Below, in pieces: positions 26,818 through 35,320 of a stretch of DNA of 64,000 bases. The notes beneath the pieces are model-generated. The model was given only the letters and a program-made list of their open reading frames with translations. It ran no database searches and was not told where the DNA came from. The DNA lies in NCBI GenBank assembly GCA_050246755.1, contig JBFWVL010000003.1:1-64000 (forward strand). The letters are read 5' to 3'. How positions within the stretch are numbered: the stretch's first letter is position 1; the number at the start of each line of letters is the position of its first letter. This stretch comes from Bacteriovoracia bacterium. Lineage in GTDB: Bacteria; Bdellovibrionota; UBA1018; CAIPTA01. The translations under genes and the position numbers were made by a program.

Positions 26818-27506
26818 CCGCGTGCGCCTGAGTAGAAATCTTCGAGAAAATGAAAAAACTGGGACGTGAGCAGGGGCAAATGCACCGGTAGCAGCGCCGC
26901 GCATTCCGAATGCGACTGCACGTGGGGCTCCGTGCTGGGGGCAAGCTCGCCGAATGCTTCCTGAATCCAGTGCGCCGTGGATTCAGGGTGGAATTGCAGC
27001 CCGAGCGTTTTTTTATTCAGGGAGAATGCCTGATGCTCGCAGATTTCGTTAGTGAGCAGGGATTTACATCCTTGGGGCAGAGTGAAGCGGTCTTCGTGGT
27101 ACTGGAATACCCGCATTTTTTCCGGCCAGCGGGAAAGGGCGGGATGCTTCTCACCCGTGCGACGTACTTCGTGGAAGCCGATTTCGCGGGCGCGATTCTT
27201 CTCCACGCGGCCGCCGAGAACCTGGGCGAGCATTTGCCCACCGAGGCAGATGCCGAGAATGGCTTTATCTTTTTTCAGCCAGTCGGCCACAAATTGCTTT
27301 TCGTTTTTCAGCCAGGGATGCTTGCTCTCCTCATCGATATTCATCGGGCCGCCCAGCACCACGAGCGCTTCGTAGGCAGCGGCATCGGGAAATTTTTGGC
27401 CCGAATAGCTGTGGTGAATATGGTAGGCGTGGTCGGATTGCCCGAGCCAGTCCACGAGGGTGCCGGGGACTTCGTCCTTGGTATGCTGAAAGATGAGCGT
27501 CTTCAT
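26814..27506 (-). CDS. Class I glutamine amidotransferase-like protein
   Basis: LGGPM, GICLGGQ, QFHPE catalytic triad. Confidence 0.92.
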   Translation of the reverse strand: MKTLIFQHTKDEVPGTLVDWLGQSDHAYHIHHSYSGQKFPDAAAYEALVVLGGPMNIDEESKHPWLKNEKQFVADWLKKDKAILGICLGGQMLAQVLGGRVEKNRAREIGFHEVRRTGEKHPALSRWPEKMRVFQYHEDRFTLPQGCKSLLTNEICEHQAFSLNKKTLGLQFHPESTAHWIQEAFGELAPSTEPHVQSHSECAALLPVHLPLLTSQFFHFLEDFYSGARG

Positions 27507-27539
27507 TAGGGCGAGTATAAATCAGCCGGGGCCCTTAGC

Positions 27540-28202
27540 TCAAGAGCTGGGAGGTGGGGTTTCGGCGGGAGCCGGCAGATCGAAAAAGTCTTCTGCTTTG
27601 ATGAGGCGCTCCTCTTCGGCCGATTTGAGGCGTAGTTTGTCCCAATTTGGGGCATCTCCCTCGAGCAGGAGGTTCACGCCCTTATAGCGAAGCAAGAATT
27701 CCGGGAATCGCCAGGTGCCGGAGCGAAAAATGCGATCTTTCCCGAACGAAAGACTTTTGGCAACTACGCGCACTTTTCCTTTTTTATTGGGTTTACCCGT
27801 TTCGCAGAAGAAAACCATGCGGGTGGAAGAGAGCTGCACTTTGGTAAAAACCGGGCAGTCCACCTTGCCGATTTTTTTCCATTCGTTCTTCTTCTGGTCG
27901 AAGAGGTGGAGCATTGGCCCATCGCCTTTCTCACCGCTGCCGTTGGTAAGCACGAATAATTTTTGGCGGTCGGGGATGAGACCGACCACGTCGCGATGCT
28001 TTACTTCTTCGGGCAAAGGAATTTTCGTGCGCGTTCCCATAGGGGGAAAGGGGAAGCTAACGACCTGCGATTCGGTGGTCGTGTCCCCATGCTTGAGACC
28101 TACGTAGGCTACGCCGCCGTCGTCGTAAAAAACGGTGGTGAAGGTGGTATTGGCGGCGAAGGCCGAAGTGGTGAGCGCGAAGAAAAGAGTCAGAAGTTTC
28201 AT
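27540..28202 (-). CDS. Secreted hypothetical protein
   Basis: Signal peptide MKLLTLFFALTTSAFA; beta-rich mature region. Confidence 0.75.
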   Translation of the reverse strand: MKLLTLFFALTTSAFAANTTFTTVFYDDGGVAYVGLKHGDTTTESQVVSFPFPPMGTRTKIPLPEEVKHRDVVGLIPDRQKLFVLTNGSGEKGDGPMLHLFDQKKNEWKKIGKVDCPVFTKVQLSSTRMVFFCETGKPNKKGKVRVVAKSLSFGKDRIFRSGTWRFPEFLLRYKGVNLLLEGDAPNWDKLRLKSAEEERLIKAEDFFDLPAPAETPPPSS

Positions 28203-28276
28203 GGCCAAAAAACTATAGCAGGGATGCGGGGCGCCTTACCAGAAACCAGTGCGGTGGAGAAACAACACGCCAGCGG

Positions 28277-29332
28277 CTAGCGGTTCTGGGCACGCAATCC
28301 TTGGGAGGCGAGCGTCCAGGCGGTGAGCTTATAGAGCAGGCGCGCGGCCACGTTGGCGTCCCACTCGTCTTTGCCGGGGGCAACTTCGTTGAGGTCAAAA
28401 CCCACGATGGTGCGGCCCGAGCGCGCTACTTCGCCGATCAGAAAAACCACCTCGTGGTAGTCGAGGCCCCCCGGCACCGGCGTGCCGGTATTAGGGCAAA
28501 GGCGAGGATCGAGGCCGTCGATGTCGAAGCTGATCCAAACCTTTTGCGGAAGTTTGGCCACGATGGTCTTCACGATCGCGAGCCAGTTTTCCCCGCCGGC
28601 CTTGCGCTTGGCGAGCTGCGCGTCGAAGAACGTGGCGATGCGGGCGGGATTGGCTTTGATATAGTCCCATTCCTCTTCGCAGAAATCGCGGATGCCCACT
28701 TGCACCAGTTTTTTCACCTGCGGAAGGGTTTCCATCACGTTGTACATGATCGAGGCGTGGCTCCACACGAAGCCTTCGTAGGCCTTGCGCGTGTCGGAGT
28801 GGGCATCGATATGCAAAATACCAAAATCATTTTCACGCTCGGCCATCGCCGCGATGGCGCCGTAGGGAGAGGCGTGATCGCCGCCCACGAGGCCCACGAT
28901 TTTCCCGGCAGCCATTTCTTTTCTCGCGGCCAGAAGCACCTCCGCATTCACTTTGTAGGAAAGCTCGTTCACCAGCGTTAAAGCGGCGGCCAAGGGCTTG
29001 CTCTTGCCGATATGGCCTCCGGCCTTAATGATTTTTTGTGCGGCCACCTTGGCCTGTTTGTTCCAGGCGCGGATTTTTTTATTTTCCGGAAGCATGAAGA
29101 GCCCGGCTTCGTAAGGTTTGCTCACTTCGAAATCGAAAAGATCCACTTGGTAGCTGGCTTCGAGGATCGCGGCCGGCCCATTCGAAGTGCCGCCACCATA
29201 CGAGGTAGTGGCTTCCCAAGGCACGGGTAAGTACACGAGCTTGGCTTCTTTATGAGTATGGGGAAGGCCGAAAATTCCCTCGTGGGCCGAAGCGGAGTTG
29301 GGGTCAAACTGGTTCGAGGAGCTTTCTTTCAT
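28277..29332 (-). CDS. speB: Agmatinase / arginase-family ureohydrolase
   Basis: GGDH, DAHSD, SFDIDGLDP, TGTPVPGG, EVAP. Confidence 0.88.
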   Translation of the reverse strand: MKESSSNQFDPNSASAHEGIFGLPHTHKEAKLVYLPVPWEATTSYGGGTSNGPAAILEASYQVDLFDFEVSKPYEAGLFMLPENKKIRAWNKQAKVAAQKIIKAGGHIGKSKPLAAALTLVNELSYKVNAEVLLAARKEMAAGKIVGLVGGDHASPYGAIAAMAERENDFGILHIDAHSDTRKAYEGFVWSHASIMYNVMETLPQVKKLVQVGIRDFCEEEWDYIKANPARIATFFDAQLAKRKAGGENWLAIVKTIVAKLPQKVWISFDIDGLDPRLCPNTGTPVPGGLDYHEVVFLIGEVARSGRTIVGFDLNEVAPGKDEWDANVAARLLYKLTAWTLASQGLRAQNR

Positions 29333-29993
29333 ACAGCAGTGGTAACGCAGAAGGGGCGAGGGTGGCAAAAACTTTCGCGCCAAAATCGCGGGCTTCTTCC
29401 CACTGCAGGGCCAGCAACCGCGGGCTTCCCGGGCTGGGAACCAGGGCAATTCCGCGATGGAAAAAGGTATAAGAAGCCGTGCCGGCATGGGAGTAGAAGC
29501 GGGTTTCTTTCTGGTGAATTTTGGTGAACGAAACGAGGCTCGGCTCTTTCGCCGCCGGATTATCGCTCTGGGCGAAGGCCACCATCCACTCCTGAAGATC
29601 GGGAGTGGAGCTGCCTTGGCCAGCCATGGGAAAGGGAGAGTTTTTTCCTATGGGAGCGGCGTGCACGGCCTGAGTTTTCGTTTCCTTAAAGCGAGACCCG
29701 AGAAAGGCGGTCAAGCTGGGATCGGTGGCCGGGCAGATCCAATACGAAGCCGCGCGCTCTTTCTTTTGGTAAAACTTTTCGATCATCTCGAAGTCGCTGT
29801 TTTCGATATAGCCGTCGAGCCCTAGGCCGAATACGCCGTGCACCGAAGAAAAAGAACCAGTGAAAACCGCGCGCGCCGTTCCAAGCTCCAGCGATTCGGC
29901 TTCCGACAGATGGTTCAGATCGAAGGTGGCGCGTGCGTGCGCCGCGGCTTCGGCCGCGATCGCCGCTTCGATTTGGGGCACGAGGTCCTGCAT
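29304..29993 (-). CDS. Hypothetical protein, possibly a degenerate GNAT fold
   Basis: Coupled to the upstream M3 peptidase gene; N-half resembles tandem GNAT proteins (FGLGL...IEKFY); no clear acetyl-CoA loop. Confidence 0.55.
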   Translation of the reverse strand: MQDLVPQIEAAIAAEAAAHARATFDLNHLSEAESLELGTARAVFTGSFSSVHGVFGLGLDGYIENSDFEMIEKFYQKKERAASYWICPATDPSLTAFLGSRFKETKTQAVHAAPIGKNSPFPMAGQGSSTPDLQEWMVAFAQSDNPAAKEPSLVSFTKIHQKETRFYSHAGTASYTFFHRGIALVPSPGSPRLLALQWEEARDFGAKVFATLAPSALPLLYERKLLEPV

Positions 29994-32032
29994 TAGGCGG
30001 GAATCAAACCGTCGCGGCGGAGCAGGGCTTTGGGATCTGGTTCCCGGCCACGGAATTTTTTATAAAGCTCCATCGGGTGCTCGGTGCCGCCACGGGAGAG
30101 GATGAATTTACGGAAGAGATCGGCCACTTCGCGGCTGAAAATTCCTTTTTGCTTAAAGAACTCGAAGGCATCGGCGTCGAGCACCTCGGCCCACTTATAG
30201 CTGTAGTACCCGGCCGAATAGCCGCCGGCAAAGATATGCGAGAAGGCCGCCGACACGGAAGTCCCGGGCTGGGCCGGGAAAAAGCGCATGCTGGCGAGCT
30301 CGGTTTGCTCAAACGCTTCGATATCGATGATCTCGCTGGGATCGCGGGCGTGCCAGGCCATGTCGAGGGTGGCGAGCGAGAGCTGACGCAGGCTCATCCA
30401 TCCCGATTGGAAGGTGGAGCTTGCCTTGATTTTTTCGATCAGCTCTTTGGGCATCGGCGCGCCCGTTTGGTAGTGGTGCGCGAAAAGCTCCAGGCCGCTC
30501 TGCTCGGTGGCCCAGTTCTCCATGATCTGGGAAGGAAGCTCCACGAAATCCCAGAACACGTTGGTGCCGGCGAGGGAAACGTAGGTGCAATCGGTTAGCA
30601 AGGAGTGCAGCCCATGGCCGAATTCATGAAACAGGGTTCGCACTTCATCGAGCGTCAGCAGCGAGGGCTGGGTGGCGGTGGGCTTGGTGAAGTTGCAGAC
30701 GATGCTCACGTGGGGGCGGCGCACTTTTCCGTCCCACATTCCTTGTTCGAGGTAGTTCGTCATCCAGGCCCCGGCACGCTTAGAGGCCCGGGGGAAAAAA
30801 TCGGCGTAGAAATAACCCACCAGGCGATCACTGCCTTCCTCGGTTACCTCGAAGGCCTTTACGTCGGGATGGTATACGGGAATATCGGCGCGTTCCTTGA
30901 ATTTGATGCCGTATAAAATTCTCGCGTGCTCGAATACGCCCTTGATCACGTTCTCGAGCTGAAAGTAGGGGCGCAGCTCTTCGGAGCTGAAGTCGAATTT
31001 CGCTTTTTTGAGGCGCTCGGAATAAAACGCCACGTCCCAAGGGTTGATATCGTTCTGCCCCGTCATTTTTTTCTTCAGCTGGCGCAGCTCGGCTAGATCT
31101 TTTTCCGCCGCCGGGCGGGAATGGCTGGCCAGCTCGCGAAGGAAGGATTCCACTTTTTCGGGCTTGGCGGCCATTCTTTCTTCGAGCACGAAATCGGCGT
31201 GGTGCTTGTACCCGAGGAGCTCGGCCCGTTCGAAGCGAAGCTTGGCAATATCCCGCAAGATCTGGCGGTTATCGTGCGGGCCGCTCATGCATTTGCTAGC
31301 GGTGGCGAGGGAAAGCTCCTTGCGCAGGTCCTCGCGGGTACAATGCTGCATGAAGGGCAGGGTGCTAGGATACTGCATCGTGAAGGCCCAGGCTTCGCCG
31401 CGATTCTTTTCTTTGGCGAGCTCCTTGGCTTCTTCCAGGGCGTTGGCCGGAAGCTCTTTCAGGGCCGCTTCGTCTTCCACGAAGAGAATATATTCGTTCG
31501 TGGCCTTCAGGATATGATCGGAATACTCGTGCGCCAGGCGGGCGAGGTCGCCGTCGATTTTCCGCAGCTTGTTTTTTCCCGCTTCGTCGAGCAAGGCGCC
31601 GTTGCGGCGGAACGCTTTATAGGTTTTCTCGAGGAGCTGGGCCTGCTCCGGGCTGAGCTTTTCCTGGGCGCGATTGTCGTAAGCGGCCTTCACGCGGGCG
31701 AAAATTTTCCCGTCGAGCAAAAGATCGTTCGATAGCGCCGATAGCTGGGGCGAAATTTCTTTCGCCAGGGCCTGGAGCGTATCGTTGGTGTTCGCGCCCA
31801 CGAGATTCATGAAGATCAGCGCGATGCGCTCGATGTCTTCCTTGTGGAACTCGATGGCCTCGATGGTATTTTTAAAATTCGGGGCGCTCTGGTCGGCCGA
31901 GATTTTCGCGATCGCGGCTTTGGCGCGCTGGATGCCTTCTTCAAGTGCCGGGGCGAAATGCTCATCCTTGATTTCGTCAAAAGGAATGAGGTGGGTATCG
32001 TCGACTAAGGGCTTCTTTAAAAGTGGATTCAT
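29993..32032 (-). CDS. M3 family metallopeptidase (peptidyl-dipeptidase Dcp/oligopeptidase A-like)
   Basis: KRAGAWM, LFHEFGHGLH, WDFVELPSQ, GYSAGYYSYKWAE. Confidence 0.95.
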   Translation of the reverse strand: MNPLLKKPLVDDTHLIPFDEIKDEHFAPALEEGIQRAKAAIAKISADQSAPNFKNTIEAIEFHKEDIERIALIFMNLVGANTNDTLQALAKEISPQLSALSNDLLLDGKIFARVKAAYDNRAQEKLSPEQAQLLEKTYKAFRRNGALLDEAGKNKLRKIDGDLARLAHEYSDHILKATNEYILFVEDEAALKELPANALEEAKELAKEKNRGEAWAFTMQYPSTLPFMQHCTREDLRKELSLATASKCMSGPHDNRQILRDIAKLRFERAELLGYKHHADFVLEERMAAKPEKVESFLRELASHSRPAAEKDLAELRQLKKKMTGQNDINPWDVAFYSERLKKAKFDFSSEELRPYFQLENVIKGVFEHARILYGIKFKERADIPVYHPDVKAFEVTEEGSDRLVGYFYADFFPRASKRAGAWMTNYLEQGMWDGKVRRPHVSIVCNFTKPTATQPSLLTLDEVRTLFHEFGHGLHSLLTDCTYVSLAGTNVFWDFVELPSQIMENWATEQSGLELFAHHYQTGAPMPKELIEKIKASSTFQSGWMSLRQLSLATLDMAWHARDPSEIIDIEAFEQTELASMRFFPAQPGTSVSAAFSHIFAGGYSAGYYSYKWAEVLDADAFEFFKQKGIFSREVADLFRKFILSRGGTEHPMELYKKFRGREPDPKALLRRDGLIPA

Positions 32033-32080
32033 AGTGGAATAAGTTACCACATTCCCCCAGGAACAGTCACCCGTGTGTGA

Positions 32081-32809
32081 CTAGCGTTTTAGGGCCTTGT
32101 TTTTGCTGTTTTTCGAGGCATGGGCATGGATGATCGCCGCGGCTTCTTCGGCGGAATCGACTAGGCTCAGCAAATCCAGATCTTGCACGTCAATTGTTTT
32201 CGAGGCCACGAACATGGCGCGCATCCAATCCAGGAACCCGATCCAATACTCGCGTCCCACGAGAATCACGGGGAAGCGCACGCTTTTGCCGGTTTGGATC
32301 AGCACGAGGGCTTCAGTGAGCTCGTCGAGGGTGCCGAAGCCGCCGGGAAAAATCACGTAGGCCGAGGAATACTTCATGAGCATCACCTTGCGCACGAAGA
32401 AATAGTAGAAGTTCATCGTTTTGGTGAGGTAGCGATTCGGTTTCTGCTCGTGCGGCAAAACGATATTGCAGCCCACGCTGACGCCGTTGGCCTCGAAGGC
32501 GCCGCGGTTGGCGGCCTCCATGATTCCGCCGCCTCCCCCGGTAAGCACGGCGAAATTGTCTTTGGTGAGCAAGGCGCCCAGTTTGTGCGCTTCTTGGTAG
32601 GATTTGGTTTCTGCGGTGAGGCGAGCGGAACCGAAAACGGTTACCGCTGGGCCGAGAAAATGCAGGTGACGGAAGCCGCGGATGAATTCCACGTTAATGC
32701 GAAGCACACGGAGGAATTCCATGAGCCGGGTGGAGCGTTCGCGCAGGAAGGTTTCCTCACGCAGGCTTTTGATGGGTGGCGATGGGGACTTGGGTTCTAC
32801 GTTATCCAT
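32081..32809 (-). CDS. LOG family nucleotide phosphoribohydrolase
   Basis: VFGSAR, TGGGGGIMEAANRGA, RKVML, PGGFGTLDE. Confidence 0.93.
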   Translation of the reverse strand: MDNVEPKSPSPPIKSLREETFLRERSTRLMEFLRVLRINVEFIRGFRHLHFLGPAVTVFGSARLTAETKSYQEAHKLGALLTKDNFAVLTGGGGGIMEAANRGAFEANGVSVGCNIVLPHEQKPNRYLTKTMNFYYFFVRKVMLMKYSSAYVIFPGGFGTLDELTEALVLIQTGKSVRFPVILVGREYWIGFLDWMRAMFVASKTIDVQDLDLLSLVDSAEEAAAIIHAHASKNSKNKALKR

Positions 32810-32898
32810 AGGATAAACCTAGCTTAGCGTCTCCGTCGCCGGCTAAGCGCTGCGTCAAGTTCCTTGCAAATTAGCGGGATTAAGCCTATCTCCGGAGG

Positions 32899-33525
32899 AT
32901 GCCAAAACCCCGCTGCGAACGATGTTTCCTCCACACGGAGCTTTGCCTCTGCGCGGACATTCCCTCGTTCGCACTCAGTACCCGGGTGGTTTTGCTCATG
33001 CACGCGCAGGAAGCTGAGAAGCCTACCAATACGGGGCGGCTCGCCCATCTCTGCCTTCCCAATAGTGAAATTCGCCTGCGTGGTTTACGGATGGGCCCGC
33101 CGCTTAGCCTGGAAGGCTTGGTGGACGATACCCACGAGAGCTGGATGCTTTATTTAAGCCCCGAAAGCGAAGCGCTCACCCCGGAATTAGTGGCTCGTAC
33201 TGCGAAACCCATCCGCTTATTAGTTCCCGACGGAACCTGGAGCCAGGCCAGCAGCCTGGGCGCCAAGCTTGTGAAAAAACTACCGGGCGTGAAGCATATC
33301 AAGCTTATTTCCGCGAAGCCCTCGATGTACCGGCTCCGCTCTGAGCATCACCCCGATGGCATGGCCACGTTCGAAGCTATCGCGCGCACGCTCGGCGTGA
33401 TCCACGGCGCAGCCGTGCAGGAAAAAATGGAGCATATTTTCCGCGTGATGACGGACCGTATGCTCTGGACCCGCGGGCAGTTGCCGGCGCGCGAAGTGGT
33501 GGGCGGGATTCCGGGGAAGAAGTAG
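32899..33525 (+). CDS. Second DTW-domain protein
   Basis: CERC...CLC, EKPTNTGRL, PDGTW, ATFEA; GGAGG RBS. Confidence 0.9.
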   Translation: MPKPRCERCFLHTELCLCADIPSFALSTRVVLLMHAQEAEKPTNTGRLAHLCLPNSEIRLRGLRMGPPLSLEGLVDDTHESWMLYLSPESEALTPELVARTAKPIRLLVPDGTWSQASSLGAKLVKKLPGVKHIKLISAKPSMYRLRSEHHPDGMATFEAIARTLGVIHGAAVQEKMEHIFRVMTDRMLWTRGQLPAREVVGGIPGKK

Positions 33526-33870
33526 TTACGCCTTCTTCACCCAAGAAGAACACCAGCCGTGGCCGGGAACGGTATTCTTGGTCATCAGCATGCATTTGCC
33601 GATGGCCGCTTTTCCGTCTCCGCTCGTCTTCGTGAAGAGCTGGCAATTGTGGCAATATTCGTCTTTTTTCTCGGCCTTCTTGCGATCCGGGCAAGATTTC
33701 GACGGCTTATCGGCATCGAGACAAAACTTCAGCGATTTGGGCATGGGATCGGTTTCTTTGGCCATGGGCAGATCGGCGGCGAAGGCCACCGAAGGGATTT
33801 TTCCGAGCAGGGGAACGCTGGCGATTCCGAGACCAAGGTATTTGAGAAAAGAACGACGATTGAAATGCAT
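33526..33870 (-). CDS. High-potential iron-sulfur protein (HiPIP), Tat-exported
   Basis: NRRSFLK Tat motif; CHNC...C...GWCSSW. Confidence 0.9.
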   Translation of the reverse strand: MHFNRRSFLKYLGLGIASVPLLGKIPSVAFAADLPMAKETDPMPKSLKFCLDADKPSKSCPDRKKAEKKDEYCHNCQLFTKTSGDGKAAIGKCMLMTKNTVPGHGWCSSWVKKA

Positions 33871-33929
33871 AGCAATGCCTCCAAGAAGGGGATGTGTGTT
33901 GAGGCTATGATACGCCGAAAGAAAAAAAA

Positions 33930-35174
33930 CTAAAGGACTGGATCCATTTGCGGTAATGACGCATGGAAGAAGAGAACGTCCACGTCGGCACGGATGGAAC
34001 GTTCATCCCAGCTATCGAGAAACAGACGATCGGGATGCGGTACTCGGGAAAGAGCTACGTAGGCCTGGCCCGCTTCCCAGAGGCCCGCCAAACGCATGCG
34101 CACCGTATCGAGAGTGGCGCCCTGCGCTTTGTGAATGGTGGAACCATAGGCGAGGTTGAGCGGAAAGTTTTTCGCGGTAGCGGTTACTTCCCCTTCGGCG
34201 CTGAGCAGTTCAAACTTCATGGGCTCGAGGTCTACGGTATTTCCGCCGTCAATGAGCTCCACCGTCACGCGGTCTTTGCGGTAGGAGCGTACTTTAGCGA
34301 GGCTCCCGTTCACGTACAGCCCGTTAGTTTCATTTTTGCGGATCATCACGAGCGCGTCGGTTTTCAGCACGAGCACATCGGGCACGGGGCTATAGCGCTT
34401 GAGCTGCGCAATTGAGCCGGGATCTCCGCGGTAGTCGGTGGTATAGGCAATCGGCTCATCGGGAAGGGCGGCGAGGCGTTCCTGGTTATAGCGCTCGGCT
34501 TCGTCGCGGCGGCCGAAGAGGCGGGTGAGCTCATCGGGGCTTTCGCGGTTCATGCGGCCGTTGAGGATTTTCTTTACGGCTTCGGAGCAAATCCCGTCCC
34601 GTACGTCATTGAGGGCCTGGGTCCACTCGGGAGATTTGGAGCGGTGGACGATATCGAGGGCCACGGAAGTAAAATTCGTGCGCGCCCATACTTCATGTTG
34701 GAAGGCCCAGTCGGTGGTATTGCGGTCGCGGGAAATAGGTGGGAGCTGGGCAAAATCGCCGACGGCGATGAAGCGGAGCCCGCCCCAGGGCTCGGCGCTT
34801 TTCCGGGCGGATCTGGCGATTTCTTCCGCGCAGGCGAGGGTATCTCCGCTCAGCATCGAAATTTCGTCTACGATTACGGTGGAGGTACGCTTCAAGCGTC
34901 GCTTTAAGTGTGGGTTCTTTAGCGCGCGCTCTACGGTCTTCGCGATGCCGCCTTCCATGATGCCAAGGCCGAAAAAAGAGTGGAAGGTTCTTCCTCCCAC
35001 GAGCACGGCGGCGGCACCGGTGGAGGCGAGCACCACGATCTCTTCGGGATCGGCGGAGGCGATGAAGGCTCTCAGGACGGTGGATTTTCCGGTTCCCGCG
35101 CGGCCCGTGAGGTAAACGTTCCCTTTGCCCCTGAGCGCTTCGAGGGCTTTTTCTTGGTCGCGGGAGAGTTGCAT
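33930..35174 (-). CDS. Pif1-family SF1B DNA helicase
   Basis: GRAGTGKS, GGRTFHSFFG, VDEISML, GDFAQLPP, TIHKAQG, GQAYVALSR. Confidence 0.92.
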   Translation of the reverse strand: MQLSRDQEKALEALRGKGNVYLTGRAGTGKSTVLRAFIASADPEEIVVLASTGAAAVLVGGRTFHSFFGLGIMEGGIAKTVERALKNPHLKRRLKRTSTVIVDEISMLSGDTLACAEEIARSARKSAEPWGGLRFIAVGDFAQLPPISRDRNTTDWAFQHEVWARTNFTSVALDIVHRSKSPEWTQALNDVRDGICSEAVKKILNGRMNRESPDELTRLFGRRDEAERYNQERLAALPDEPIAYTTDYRGDPGSIAQLKRYSPVPDVLVLKTDALVMIRKNETNGLYVNGSLAKVRSYRKDRVTVELIDGGNTVDLEPMKFELLSAEGEVTATAKNFPLNLAYGSTIHKAQGATLDTVRMRLAGLWEAGQAYVALSRVPHPDRLFLDSWDERSIRADVDVLFFHASLPQMDPVL

Positions 35175-35320
35175 GGGGGGAGCTTAGCCTAGATCGCGAG
35201 TCAGTTCCCGGTAAGAAATTGACGCGGTGGTTATTCGGAGCGGGCTTTTTGCGCGCCGCTTCTCTGCTGAGTGGTTGCCCTTGAGTTTTTCGCCCTGCGG
35301 CGATAGTCTCGGCGCCATCC

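Noticed and set aside
28277-29332. Ureohydrolase as the missing ureide-pathway enzyme
   Set aside because: It has ordinary agmatinase-family motifs and lies 16 kb from the urate locus in a different operon.
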